Shown: positions 1 through 12,526 of the stretch, piece after piece
Layout of the letters: each line of letters begins with the position of its first letter
Position numbering within the stretch: position 1 is the first letter of the stretch
NCBI GenBank assembly: GCA_964016885.1
Contig: OZ024743.1
Coordinates: 49,848,001 to 49,912,000, forward strand
Length of the DNA: 64,000 nucleotides
Source of the DNA: Eledone cirrhosa
Lineage: Eukaryota
Reading direction: 5' to 3'
Translations under genes and position numbers: made by a program
The notes under the pieces: model-generated
Seen by the model: only the letters and a program-made list of their open reading frames with translations
The model's database searches: none
Told to the model about the DNA's origin: nothing

Positions 1-28
1 TGCCCTCTCCCAGTTTTCCACCTTTAAT

Positions 29-3000
29 TTACAGATATATACTCAGAGTAGGCCCATTCACTCGGGCCATTCTTGCTTCTCTCACCCATCTTTCAACAAA
101 ATGCTGGGAAGAGAGCACTTCCCTCTCTACTCTGATTTTCCTTTTCAAATGAAATTTGAAAAAGTCAATCAGAGCATCACCGAAGAGGTAAGTGCTCGTC
201 TTCAGCCCTTTCAAACGTGTCCACCATACTATCTCTTTCGCCATGGCCACCAGACAGATAAAAACTGCCTGCCCTTCCCAGCTAAAGGAAGAGGGCGGGG
301 CAATCCTCACGATGGACTCAGATGATAGCTGGATCCGTCCTAAACGCGACAGCAGGTGTTCGACATAAACCCACAAGTCAGCAATTTTCGGACACTGGAC
401 GAGTGCGTGCAGGACGGTTTCGTCGCCCTGCGCGCATCTCGGACATGCCCGGCTGACGGCACCTCCATGCCAGTAGAGTTTATCCCGAACTGGCAAGGCT
501 CCTCGGTAGCACTGCCAGGCCAGAGATTTCTGGAAGTTGTCCATAGGCCCCGGCCCGAAAGTTCTTCCGAAGAGATTGGCTAGTTGATTTTCGTCGACGC
601 CTAGAGTTTCCCCAAGTACGTCGTCGCTCTTCCCCTCCACTAATCCTCTATAGAACGCCGAGGTGGAGTTTCCACCGATCACATTGCCCGATTGGTCGAG
701 GGCTGTGAGCGCCTGAAGACATTCCAGTCTCCAGGCGCTCCCTCTCGGTCTTCGCTTGACCCAGGACTGCAGCTCCGTCAAGGAAACGAGCTAGGGAAAT
801 ACGCACCTAGCAAACGGCGACCACACCTGATCACCGTCGAGGAAGAGGTAGAGATGTCGTAGCCTGAGCGCGTGCCTGCGCATCATCAGCCACGGCATGC
901 CCAGCCCTCCACGTAGCGGGTGTTGACAACAGATGGACCGCCTGACCATCGGAGCACGTCCCTTCCACAAAAAGCGAAAGAGCAAACGCTCCAGCGCAGT
1001 CAGGCGAGGCTTAGGACAAGGTACGACGGTCAGGCGGTAGCAGATGACAGACGCGATGTACGCGTTAGCCACCTCCGCTCGACCTTTCAGGGATAGCTTC
1101 CTCTCCGCCCATTTCTGGGTGAGAGAAGCCACCCTGCTCGTCACCTCGTCCCAGTTTTTGTCCGCCTGGAGGTCCGGACCGAACCAGACCCCTAGCAATT
1201 TAACCGGTCCGTCCGTCCAGCGTCCGACGACGCTGTTGGACGTCATGGACCTGCCTCTCCAGGTGCCGAGCTGCAGGCCCACTGACTTTTCCTGGTTGAT
1301 CATTGCTCCTGTCACCGCTTCGTATTCTCTTAGTGTAGTGCCGATCGCCTCGATGTGTTTGGCGTTCGACACCACTACGGTGACATCGTCCGCATATGCT
1401 GACACGGATCTTCCGCATCCTAGTTCGCGCGGGACGCCCCTCAATGTCTCCAGTTTGTGCAGTAATGGCTCGAGAGTCAATACGTACAAGAGGGACGAGA
1501 GGGGACATCCTTGGCGGACCGAGCGCATGATGTTGAACGGTTCCGACAGGTGACCGTTCACTCTCAACACAGAGCAGATGTCGCTGTGCATGGCAGCGAT
1601 CCAGCCTCTGAAGATGGGCCCAAAGCCAGCCGCCCTCAGGATTGCCGCTAGGTAACGATGGTCGACCCTATCGAAAGCTTTCGACTGATCTAAATTGATC
1701 AAGGACCCACCCGTGCCAGGTTCCCTAGCTACCCTCTCTACGATGTATCGCATGAGGTGGAGGTTGTCGTGGACGGATCTGTCGGGAATGGCGCATGTCT
1801 GCGCCTCTCCCACCAGACCACCAACGACAAGCGCCAACATCTTTGCTAGCACCTTGGCCAAAATCTTGAACTCTGTGTTTAGCAGAGTTATGGGCCGGAA
1901 ATTATCTATGTTATCCCCCTTGTTCGGATCCTTTCTCAGCAGTGCCACCGCTCCTCGGCTCACAGAACTGGGAATTCTCCCGTTCTGTTGCCAGTTGCAG
2001 TAGACGTCCGCCAAGAGGCCTCCGAACAAGTCTGGCATCTGTACGTAAACTTCATAGGGTAGACCATCCAAACCAGGCGATTTACCCTTTGTGCAGCCAG
2101 TCATTGCCTCCCTTACTTCAGCGGCTGTTATCGGCTTTTCGCAACACTCCGCCTCAGTGGCCGAGAGCCGCGGCAGTCCGTCGAGGTAGACACTAAAGTC
2201 CATCCCTCGACCCGGCCCACCGCTGCCCCCGAACAGCTGAGCGAAGTGTCGCTGAAAAGCTTCACACATTTGCCCGAGATCGAGTAGCATTCGCCCGTCG
2301 TGGTCCACCAAAGACCGGATCGTGGCTTTGTTGCCACGACGCGCCTCCGCCACTCGGGCCCATTGAACGGCTTTCGTCCCCTCGTGTCTGAGAGCACGCA
2401 CCCTAGCTCTGACAACACAGCCTTCGTGCTTTGCATTGAAGAATTGGTCAAGGGCCAATTTCGCCGCAAGCACGTCGGTCGCAATGCCTTTGCTAAGCGC
2501 CTCGTCTAATTTTCTAACTAGTTCTCCCTCTGCTCTATTTTTCTCTATTGCTAAAGCCTTACTAAACCTAATCGATTCTATTCTAATCGCTCTTTTTAGA
2601 GCAAACCACCACTGGTTGTTGACGATGGCCCCCGTCAACGCTCGCTTAACTAGTTCGCTAATCCGGTCTCTGTAGGCCTTGCGCGCTGGTAAGGACGCGT
2701 TTAGCTTCCAGTACCCGGGTCCTCGTCTATGAAGCCTATCTAAGTCAAGCACACAGGTCACGAATTTGTGGTCCGTGTAGCTGACTATCTTGAATTGTGG
2801 ACAGCCTATGCTAGACCTATCTATTTCCCTACAAAATACTCTATCTAGATATGATCTGGATGACCCTATGCGATTTGTCCAAGTCTACATTGGCACATTC
2901 GGGAAATCCAATCGGTACCTGTCAGACAGTTCAAAACGCCTGAGCAGGTTGGTGAGGCTCTTGCACCCTCCACCCCTATCTGCTAATCCCACACAGTCCC

Positions 3001-3448
3001 AGCGTGCATCTAAGATCCCGTTCCAGTCGCCCACTAACACTAAAGAGCGGGACGTTCCAAGAAAGGTCTCCAGACGCCGGAAGAAATCAGGCCGTCCTGC
3101 TCCTGTCGGGGCATAGACGGCCACTAGCCTGAAAGCTTGCCCGTCTCCGCTGGTCACGCCCAGCACCACCAGCTTACCCTCTGGGTCCAGGAAGATGGCC
3201 CATATGGCGAGATCCAAACCTCTCCGAAAAAGCACAGCAACTCATCCCCCCGATCCAGGACGGCTGGGAGATGTGTACACATCGTAGCCGCCGAAGATCG
3301 GTGCGAAGGCCCGTGCTTCGGAGATTCTGGTCTCGCTGATGGCCACTACATCTATGTTTAGTGACCTGAGGTCGTTGAGCAGGTGACCCTGCTTCCATGA
3401 CGACCCCAAGCCACGCGCATTTATGCTGCCTATTCTGAGTGAGGTCAT
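29..3448 (-). pseudogene. A1 ORF2: APE endonuclease + reverse transcriptase + C-terminal CCHC
   Basis: ORFs 3242-3448, 2885-3235, 791-2761 and 29-781 are all in one frame, separated by three in-frame stops. Motifs: SINARG, LVGDWN, SYLDR, TDHK, PGYWKLN, FRPITLLN, DQSKAFDRV, QGCPLS, YADD, CPRC..H..C. Confidence 0.93.
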
Positions 3449-3483
3449 GTTTAAAATAGAGTGGAAAAGATGGGAAAGACCAC

Positions 3484-5586
3484 TTACCGTACTTTTCGTA
3501 GAGGGGGGATGGTTTTTCCATCCCCTTTCACTTGATCGTCTGGTGAAGGGACCGTTGAATCGTCCCTTCGGCTGGTCGTCGGCTCTTCTATGAGTATGTC
3601 CGAATATACTCTTCGGTTGAGTGTCCCTCCTAGGTCTCTGAAATCACCAACTGCGTTGGGGAATTTCGTTTTAATGTTTGTGTACTGTTTCTGTGCTATT
3701 TTTAGCAGTCTTATGTTAGTTGGCGTTTTGATTGGTGCTGGTATTATGTAGTCGTGTTGTGAAATGTCTGTGTGTTCAATTATGTAAGTCATTAGTTTCT
3801 TGTTGTGTGTATTTATTGCCGTGCATTTGTTTTTCTGGGGGTGGGGTGTGGTTCTGCTATTTTCTTGTCGTTGTTGCTGGGTGTGTGTGTTTTGTTGTTG
3901 TGTTTGCGATGTTGGTGCTTGTGGTGGTGGTGTTGAAGGTGTTGTTGGCGGTGGGGTTGTCGCCAGTGGTGATGGTGGTGCTAGTGTGGGTGGTGATGGT
4001 GTTGGTGGTGTTGCTGCTGTGAATCTCTTTGCAGTAGCCTTTACCCTTTTTTCATTTCTTTCCTCCCTTTTCAAAGGCGACGATGCGCTGCTTCTGCGTA
4101 TATGCCTTCTTACGACCTTTTGCCATCCCTCTCCCACCTCACACTCCATGTCTGATTCTGTGAGGTCGGGGAGGGGTACCAGCTCCACTCTTTCACTTGT
4201 TGTTGTTGGTGATGTTTGCACTGGAGTCTCTGTTGCAGCTGCATTTGGTATTGCTGTTGTTGTTGTTAATACTTCCACTGCTGCTGCTGTTTTTGATTTC
4301 CGTGGCGTGGGTATGGGTGCCACGGACCTATCGTTTCTGGTTGCCGCTTGTCCTGTTGCTGGTAGCCGTGGAGCCGGTTTCGGAAGGAGGGGGGTTTTCT
4401 CCTTTCTCAGGGTCTTCTCGTTGCAGAAGGCCCTGAGGTGAGTCTTCGATCCACAGCGAAAGCATTTCGGGCGTTTGCCCTCAACACTTATGGGCAGTTG
4501 AGTGCCGTTATCGAAGTCTATCACATCCGGGATAGCTTCGATGCACTCCTGGTTGGTTTGGATTAACATCTCAATGGAGGTACCGACCCAATCTTCTCTT
4601 ATTTTTTCTGTACTTGCAGTACAGTTGTTTTGTCCTCGATTCCGACGAGGACAGACGCGGCCAGCCAAGAAGGGGCCATCCCGGGGGGGGGGGTCAGTTT
4701 GACCCTCACAATTTTTTGCCCGCAGTAGGAGGGCACCAACACCATTTCCTCGCTCCTTAGGGTCACTAAGGATTGAGCCTTTGCCTCCTGGGGTGTGGCA
4801 AAAAGTACGTCTACGGTGGCATATTTCTTGCCTCGGGTGATGTGCGTTTTCCGCTGCCACACAGACCCCAAGGCTTTTTGTATTTGAGCCTCTGTGGCTC
4901 TTTCAACCCTACGGGATTTTGTACTTACTGTACTGTACGTGACCGTACAGTGCTGTTGGGTTTCGAAAAAAATTTCCGCTGCCTTGCAGATTGCTCGGTG
5001 TCCGGTTTTTGTCACCATCCTCTTCGCTTCCTCTAATTCCTCATTTGTTATGAGGATGGTTTCCAGGTTCTTTGCGATACCTGCAAACGAGATTGGTTTT
5101 TCTTTGCTGCTGTTGTTGTTGTTGTCGTCAGAGCTGCTGTTACTTTTGTTGTTGCTGCAGGTACTACGACTACTGCCGCCGCCGCTGTTGCTGTGGTTGT
5201 TGTTGTTGTTGCTGCTGCTGCTGCTGTTGTTGTTGCTGCTAATGCTGTTGTTGTTTATGCTGCTGTTGATGCTGTTGCGGCTGCTACTGTTGTTTTCCTT
5301 GTCACTGTTGCTGCTGTTATTACGGCTGCTACTGCTATTATTCCTTTTTCGTCGCTGTCGTCGTCGTCGTGGAGAAATCTTGCTCGCTTTGCACGTGATT
5401 TTTCTTTTCTGGCGTCGCTTGCGAAAGAGAAGGGGGGGAGAGAGACACATTTAGAGAAGGGAGGGAGAGAGACACATTTAGAGAAGGGAGGGAGAGAGAA
5501 AATCTTCTCTCTGCTGTAGTGACGATTGAGGAAGAAGAAGACGGAATGAGTGGGAGTGACCTATGAAAATTCTTTTTCGTAGCCAT
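3484..5586 (-). pseudogene. A1 ORF1 (gag-like, CX2CX4HX4C knuckle, N/S-rich N-terminus and P/T-rich C-terminus)
   Basis: Stitched from ORFs 5338-5619, 4599-5450 and 3484-4860, with frameshifts near 5340 and at the G-run near 4683-4693. VEGKRPKCFRCGSKTHLRAFC aligns with family B ORF1 VEGRRPSC. Confidence 0.82.
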
Positions 5587-5801
5587 GTTGTTTTTTTGTT
5601 TAAAATAAATATTGGGCACAAAACCCCAATAGGCGGTTATTTAACCCCGAAGGGCCAAATAACGGACAGAAAGACCCCTCTCACGAGGAGGAGGGTGTTT
5701 TTGTCTACAATTTGGTTAAAGTTTTAAACAATTTACAATTGTTATAGCGGTCAAAATTTACAATACCTTACAGAGCCGAGCCTCCGTCAACCATAGCATT
5801 C

Positions 5802-5828
5802 AATAATAATAATAATAATAATAATAAT
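5802..5828. repeat. (AAT)n microsatellite
   Basis: Direct reading. Separates the A1 5' end from the R4/Dong fragment. Confidence 0.97.
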
Positions 5829-6962
5829 CTGTGTCTATTATTAGGTACAGTGCGAGAATTCTAAGATGGAATGTTGCTGAACAAAAAGAAATGGATAGGA
5901 AGACTAGGAAGCTATTGACTATCTACAATATGTTCCACAAGAGGAGTGATGTCGATAGACTCTACTTAAGGAGATCTGAGGGTGGAAGAGGTCTTATCAG
6001 CATAGAGGACTGTGTTCAGATGGAGAAAAACAACCTACACAAATACGTGACTGATAGTAAGGAGCCAATGCTCAGAACTGTACTGAAGGAGGGGACAATA
6101 GGCCAGGGGATGTCCAAGGAGGAAATAACATCAAGGAGAAAGAGCAGCCTTCAGGAAAAATCCCTTCATAGTACCTTCTTTGAGAAAACTGAATTTAGAG
6201 ATTCACAGACATGGAACTGGTTGAAAAGAGGAGACCTTAAAAAGGCTACAGAAGGAATGTTAATGGCTGCGCAGGAGCAGGCCCTCAAAATGAAGTGGTT
6301 GAAACACCACATTTACAAGGAGGAGGCCAGCCCACTGTGCAGGATCTGTGGAGAGAGAGAGGAGACTGTGGCTCACATTGTATCCGAGTGTAAACACCTA
6401 GCCCAGACTCACTATAAGGGCTGGAGACATGATGTGATGGGCAGGGTGATCCACTGGCACCTATGCAAAGTAAACAATTTACCACATTCTGAGAAGTGGT
6501 ATGAGCATAAGCCAGAGGCGGTGATAGAAAACGATCAGGTGAAGGTGCTGTGGGATTTTAGGATACAGACGGACAAGAAACTGGAACACAATAGACCTGA
6601 CCTGGTGGTTTTGGACAAAGAAAAAAGATCGTGCCTGATTGTGGATGTGGCCTGCCCATTCGACACGAGAGTGCAAGAGAAGGAGAGGGAGAAAATTAAC
6701 CGATACCAGGACTTAAAGTGGGAGGTAAAAAGGATTTGGAAGTGCCATGAAGTCAAAGTGATCCCGATTGTCATAGGCGCACTAGGGACTATCTCAAAAA
6801 GTTTCCAGGGATGGTTAAAGAAAATTGGCCCCTTCACGCTTTTTGGAACGCTTCAAAAGGCATGCTTGCTGGGAACAGCAAGAACCCTCCGATACGTCCT
6901 GAATATCTGAGGCTCAACAAACTTTCCAGTTAACCAACATCAATGACTGAGACTCAAAGAAC
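5829..6962 (+). mobile_element. 5'-truncated R4/Dong-like non-LTR retrotransposon (RLE endonuclease)
   Basis: ORF 5831-6910: LYLRRSEGGRGL thumb, CRICGEREETVAHIVSEC zinc finger, RHD, RPDLVVLDK, IVDVACP, GALG, LQKACLLGTA. (AAT)n on both sides matches the known TAA-repeat targeting of Dong. Confidence 0.88.
5831..6910 (+). CDS. Uninterrupted C-terminal 359 aa of R4/Dong ORF (thumb, CCHC, PD-(D/E)xK restriction-like endonuclease)
   Basis: ORF track; motifs as above. No true start codon because of 5' truncation. Confidence 0.8.
   Translation: MSIIRYSARILRWNVAEQKEMDRKTRKLLTIYNMFHKRSDVDRLYLRRSEGGRGLISIEDCVQMEKNNLHKYVTDSKEPMLRTVLKEGTIGQGMSKEEITSRRKSSLQEKSLHSTFFEKTEFRDSQTWNWLKRGDLKKATEGMLMAAQEQALKMKWLKHHIYKEEASPLCRICGEREETVAHIVSECKHLAQTHYKGWRHDVMGRVIHWHLCKVNNLPHSEKWYEHKPEAVIENDQVKVLWDFRIQTDKKLEHNRPDLVVLDKEKRSCLIVDVACPFDTRVQEKEREKINRYQDLKWEVKRIWKCHEVKVIPIVIGALGTISKSFQGWLKKIGPFTLFGTLQKACLLGTARTLRYVLNI

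Positions 6963-7016
<54 letters not shown>
6963..7016. repeat. (AAT)n tail/target of the R4/Dong element
   Basis: Direct reading. Confidence 0.97.
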
Positions 7017-7816
7017 CAACTGGCCAATCTCTTCGGAAGAACTTTCGGGCCGGGGCCTATGGACAACTTCCAGAAATCTCTGGCCTGGCAGTGCTACCGA
7101 GGAGCCTTGCCAGTTCGGGATAAACTCTACAGGCATGGAGGTGCCGTCAGCCGGGCATGTCTGAGATGCGCGCGGGGCGACGAAACCGTCCTGCACGCAC
7201 TCGTCCAGTGTTCGAAAATTCCTGACTTGTGGGTTTATGTCGAACACCTGCTGTCGCGTGTAGGACGGATCCAGCCATCAGCTGAGTCCATCGTGAAGAT
7301 TGCCCCGCCCTCCTCCTTTAGCCGGGAAGGGCAGGCAGTTTTTATCTGTCTGGTGGCCATGGCGAAAGAGATAGTATGGTGGACACGTTTGAAAGGGCTG
7401 AAGACGAGCACTTACCTCTTCGATGATGCCCTGATTAACTTTTTCAGATTTCATTTGAAAAGGAAAATCAGGGTAGAGAGGGAAGTGCTCTCTTCCCAGC
7501 ATTTTGTTGAAAGATGGGTGAGAGAAGCAAGTATGGCCCGAATGAATGGGCCTTCTCTGAGTATGTGTCTGTAAATTAAAGGTGGAAAACTGGGAGAGGG
7601 CACTTGCCCTGGTGGTCAGGGCCACTGTGGTCTTTTAATGGGCTTTCTCCACAAATGTCCCTTGGAAGTCTCCCCCCTATTGGGGAATTTTTCTTTGTTA
7701 TTTTATTTCAACCTCTGTTTTTTTACACGCAGAAATGCCCATTTGTACCGTCCTGTATTGTCCTGTACTGTCCTTAATGTCTACTTTATGTGAACCCTTG
7801 TGGTTAATAAAGAAAA

Positions 7817-7817
<1 letters not shown>
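7014..7817 (+). mobile_element. Tx1-like family A copy A2, 3' fragment with complete 3' UTR
   Basis: Near-identical to the reverse complement of 1-589; ORF 7059-7574. Ends AATAAAGAAAAC followed by (ATT)n at 7818-7872. Confidence 0.92.
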
Positions 7818-7874
<57 letters not shown>

Positions 7875-8013
7875 GGGTGTTTTTTTATTGTTTACCCTCA
7901 GTGCTGAAAAAATCTATGACGATGTTTTTCTAAGAATTTCAAAAACTGATATTTTTACTTATCTAATTTCCTGTCTACAACACTAGTGACAATTAATGTA
8001 GAAATTCACATAC

Positions 8014-8050
<37 letters not shown>

Positions 8051-8176
8051 TTTTGATAGGCTGTGACATGGTAAGTCACCAGAGTATTTAATAAGAAAGA
8101 TATTAAATATTGTGTGATAACAGCATACACCAAAGCTTCATTAATATATATATATGTTCACACACTCACACACCCT

Positions 8177-8209
<33 letters not shown>

Positions 8210-8210
8210 G

Positions 8211-8409
8211 TATATTAATAAAAGGAGTTCCAACTTTGTCTGATTTACTCGTTTTATTTACAATCCTTTAAAATTATAATGAAATAGTATGGTAGAATAT
8301 TAAATGTTTTTGTAGAATATTAAATGTGTTTTGTAGAACATTATAATTTTAAAGGATTGTAAATAAAACGAGTAAATAAGACAAAGTTAGAATACCTTTT
8401 ATTAATATA
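8211..8409. repeat. Fold-back: ~70-bp inverted arms (8211-8281 / 8339-8409) between (TA)/(CA) tracts
   Basis: actcgttttatttacaatcctttaaaattataatg versus cattataattttaaaggattgtaaataaaacgagt. Confidence 0.9.
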
Positions 8410-8439
8410 ATCTTCTATACACACAATCATACACACCCG

Positions 8440-8643
<204 letters not shown>

Positions 8644-8743
8644 AAATTGAGGTTGGTAATGGCACATGGAATATATAAGAGACAGAATACTTTTTTGTGA
8701 AAAAACATAATTTTATAAGGTAAGGAAATAATAAAGGGTATAA

Positions 8744-8790
8744 AAAATGACCGGTTTCGATGGGTCTGCAAAAGCCATCTTTTCAAATGT
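8744..8790 (-). ncRNA. Minimal type-I hammerhead ribozyme motif, U3-A8 variant
   Basis: Minus strand UUGAAAA-GAUGG(cuuuugcagac)CCAUC-GAAACCGGUC: stem II, palindromic ACCGGU stem III, GUC triplet. Stem I is weak. Confidence 0.7.
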
Positions 8791-9243
8791 TGATTAATAT
8801 TAAGAAAAATTAATAATACGAAGAGTTAAAATTTGAGACTTGAAAATTCAAGTATAAAATTCATTGTGGGATTTCATAGCAGTTTTCATCTTGGTAGCAA
8901 CAACAGGTTGACTGCTGTGTCCCTTTCTGGTAGTGAATGAGAAGTTATTTGGGGTGTGGGTTATTTTATAAAGGTCAGATTTAGCAATCGCCAGCTGCTG
9001 GTCAGTGAGGGGGTGGAAGCAATATACATACACATATCTTCCTGTGATGGGTAGGAGAGTGGAGCGTGATAGAAAGGGATTTAGTGCACTTACACCTATA
9101 TATACACACATACCTTCATCCACACATACATACATATACATATACATATATATATATATATATATATACATATACACACATACATACACACACACATACA
9201 TATACATACACACATACACACACACACATATATATATACACAT

Positions 9244-9294
<51 letters not shown>

Positions 9295-9333
9295 TATATA
9301 TACATACACATACATCCAGATACACACATACAT

Positions 9334-9364
<31 letters not shown>

Positions 9365-9461
9365 CACACATATATATATATATATATATACCCCCCCCCC
9401 CACACACACACATACATACACACACACACACATATATATATACATATATATATATATATAA

Positions 9462-9651
9462 CTTTCACCGTATTTTTTTGACTAAAGAAATTTTAGTCTG
9501 ATAATGGGGTTTAGAACCCCCAGATAAATGGAAAAGGATGAGTATTGATGTACATCAATACTCATCTTTTTCCATTTATCAAAAAAATACGGTGAAAGCT
9601 ATTCTATTTTCTAATTTCAAACCTGTTCACTGTTTCAAAACATATTTACTT
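9462..9651. mobile_element. Fold-back fragment of the tRNA-headed element also at 62101-62643
   Basis: 58-bp near-perfect palindrome 9523-9580 and outer arms ctttcaccgtatttttttga / tcaaaaaaatacggtgaaag. Sequence matches 62101-62245. Confidence 0.85.
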
Positions 9652-9700
9652 GTCATATATATATATATATATACATATATATATACATATACACACACAC

Positions 9701-9853
<153 letters not shown>

Positions 9854-9983
9854 GTAGGAGGTGAGTTTTATTGTAGCACAATAAAGCAATGCAAATATCG
9901 GATAAGTAGCACTCCACAGTTTATAGGACTGGAGTATAAATAATATAATATCAAAAGATGGTTAAAAGAATTCCATGTATTTT

Positions 9984-10045
9984 GTTATGCGCATTTCAAA
10001 AACAAATATCATCATGAGATGATATTTGCGTTCTCATCAGATAAA
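9984..10045 (-). ncRNA. Type-I hammerhead-like motif with long stem II
   Basis: Minus strand CUGAUGA-gaacgcaaauaucauc(ucau)gaugauauuuguuuuu-GAA-AUGCGCAU-A, with palindromic stem III. The island is flanked by (TA)n. Confidence 0.7.
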
Positions 10046-10144
10046 ATAGGGAGACATGATATGAAGCTTAAAAAACACTTGCGAGCAGTGAAGTGTTAAA
10101 TCAACATATAATATCAACTTATATAATATAAGATCTTTTGATCT

Positions 10145-10212
<68 letters not shown>

Positions 10213-10215
<3 letters not shown>

Positions 10216-10590
10216 ATTGGAAATCAGTAAAATCGAATCTCTGGCGGTTTTTTCTGGTTATTTCCCTTGCCGGGATTAGCACGTGATAATTATAGATTCG
10301 AGTAGCAGCTTATTGCAGCAACATATAATTTATCACTTCCATCCCAGGAAGAACGATAAACCTGTTGAAAAATTGAATCCAACATTCGGTCATCAATTGC
10401 CAGGAGCTTGCCTTACAAGTAAGTCGGATATTTGATTTTGAATTCAGAGAAACACTTTAAACGTCTATTCGTCTAATTTGTCCAGGTGTACTTTTTCTCA
10501 ACCTGATTAGTGCTATCGTTGCTCTGGTATACATATTGTGTGTTAGTTTAGCCTACCACAATGTTCGATTTGTCAAGCTTTTTAAACGTA
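10213..10590. mobile_element. (TA)n-flanked dispersed repeat related to 61720-62066
   Basis: 10350-10590 aligns to 61720-61951 in the same orientation, while 10213-10250 is the reverse complement of 62029-62066. Confidence 0.7.
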
Positions 10591-11065
10591 TATATATATA
10601 TATATATATATATTATGGAATACTGTTGGCTTTTTGCTACAATGTTTTCTATACTTTTCATTTATATATATATATATTCCACTCACTCACTCACTGTTTC
10701 TCCCCTTCTCACTTCCACCGTTCGCTACGAAAACGATTTTCTTCTTTCTTACATCGGATTCATCGCGAAAGGTCTATTTCTTACTCGCTCATATATTCAC
10801 CCAGCTTATACTGATAGAATAACTATGTAGCTTGTGTTTCTTCCTATCTTCGGTTAGCTTTCCCTTGTGTTGTTTACTTGTCTCACTCGCTTTACGCGTT
10901 TTAATTGTCCTAATAACTTATTTTAGTTATTATTGCACCAACGTGAGGTATATGATTTTTAATGCATTGAAATACCAATGACCGTTGGCAAATCACTGAT
11001 GAGGGACTCATTTTATAACATGTTATCCATGTGCAACCATGCAGTATTCTTCTCCCCATATTTTT

Positions 11066-11157
<92 letters not shown>

Positions 11158-11518
11158 CTGATATATTGTATGTGAGTTGAGAGTATTTGTGATGAGAGCG
11201 AGCCGTATGGAGTAGGTAGCTATGGTAACCGAATAAATAATCACAGTTGTTGTGTTGGTAACTATACGAGAAGAGAGAACTATTGCTACAAAAGCTGATG
11301 GCGGACGTAATGGAGGTTTTCGTGACTCTCTTAGTGAGTGCTGCCATTACAGTATTGTAACTATTTTACTGAAGGAGAGAAAAACCTTTTAACACTCATG
11401 CGGAAAATGAAACATCGTCACATATGCAAGGAGGGGCCATGCTGGAAGGTTTCATAGCATTGTTGTTGTTGTCCTTGTTATTGTTGTTGTGTCTTTTGTT
11501 ATTATTGTTGTTACTAAT

Positions 11519-11557
<39 letters not shown>

Positions 11558-11575
11558 CTAGTAGTAGTAGTAGTT

Positions 11576-11627
<52 letters not shown>

Positions 11628-11641
11628 CAGTAGTAGTAGTT

Positions 11642-11672
<31 letters not shown>

Positions 11673-11673
11673 C

Positions 11674-11720
<47 letters not shown>

Positions 11721-11773
11721 GAGGAGGAGGAGGAGGAGGAGGAGGAGAAGGAGAAGCAGCAGCAGCAGCAGTA

Positions 11774-11834
<61 letters not shown>
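11519..11834. repeat. Compound (GTA)n(GGA)n(GCA)n(GTA)n microsatellite
   Basis: Direct reading. Confidence 0.97.
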
Positions 11835-12420
11835 TCTTGTTCCATTAGGGTTGCGAAATGACATGTCTTTTCTTCATCGTTTTATTTTTCCTGAAGTGGC
11901 ATTTATCGATTATTATAATTATTGCTGTCTTAAATAAAAATAAAAAAAAATAATAACAAATAATAATAATAATAATAATAATAAATGAATAAATAAATAA
12001 AATATTTGAAAAGAAGACATTAATTGACCAGCTGGAAGAGAATCCATCTTGAATCTTGGCAAATGATGCCCTAGTTTCGTAACCAGTTTATATTTTATTT
12101 CTGTTTTCAACGAGATTTTATTGTCGAAAACCTTAAGTATGGCATCATATATTTGAAATATCGTTAAATGTGTGAAGCCTTCATATTTACAGATAAACGT
12201 CTTAGTTTGTTAGCGTGACAGCATATATATATATTTGAGGAGCTATATAATGTGTGAAGCCTTCATATGTATTAGTGAAAACCTTAAATGTTTTGGTGTA
12301 ACATCATATATGTGAGGTGATGTCGGTAAATGTAAATGTGTCGATAAATTACCCTTAAATGATGTAATAAAGTCGATGGTGAATAATACCGTCTGGTAAA
12401 AACAAAAGAATCATTTACCT

Positions 12421-12526
12421 TTCTATCTATCAATCCATCCATCTGTCCATCCAGTCATCTGTCCGTCTGCCTGTCTGTCTGCTTGTCTATCTATCTGTCT
12501 ATCTGTCCACCTGTCTATCTGTCTAG
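12421..12526. repeat. Degenerate (TCTA/TCTG/TCCA)n tract, left flank of the Tx1-B array
   Basis: Direct reading. Confidence 0.9.

Larger units (their letters stand above)
1..5801 (-). mobile_element. Tx1-like (L1 clade) non-LTR retrotransposon, family A copy A1; 5' end intact, 3' UTR runs off the window
   Basis: Two-ORF layout (CCHC ORF1; APE-RT-CCHC ORF2). The 5' end directly abuts the (AAT)n tract at 5802-5828, which reads (ATT)n in element sense. Confidence 0.92.

Noticed and set aside
10993-11050. Hammerhead at CTGATGAGGG
   Set aside because: No GAAA core follows the putative stem II.
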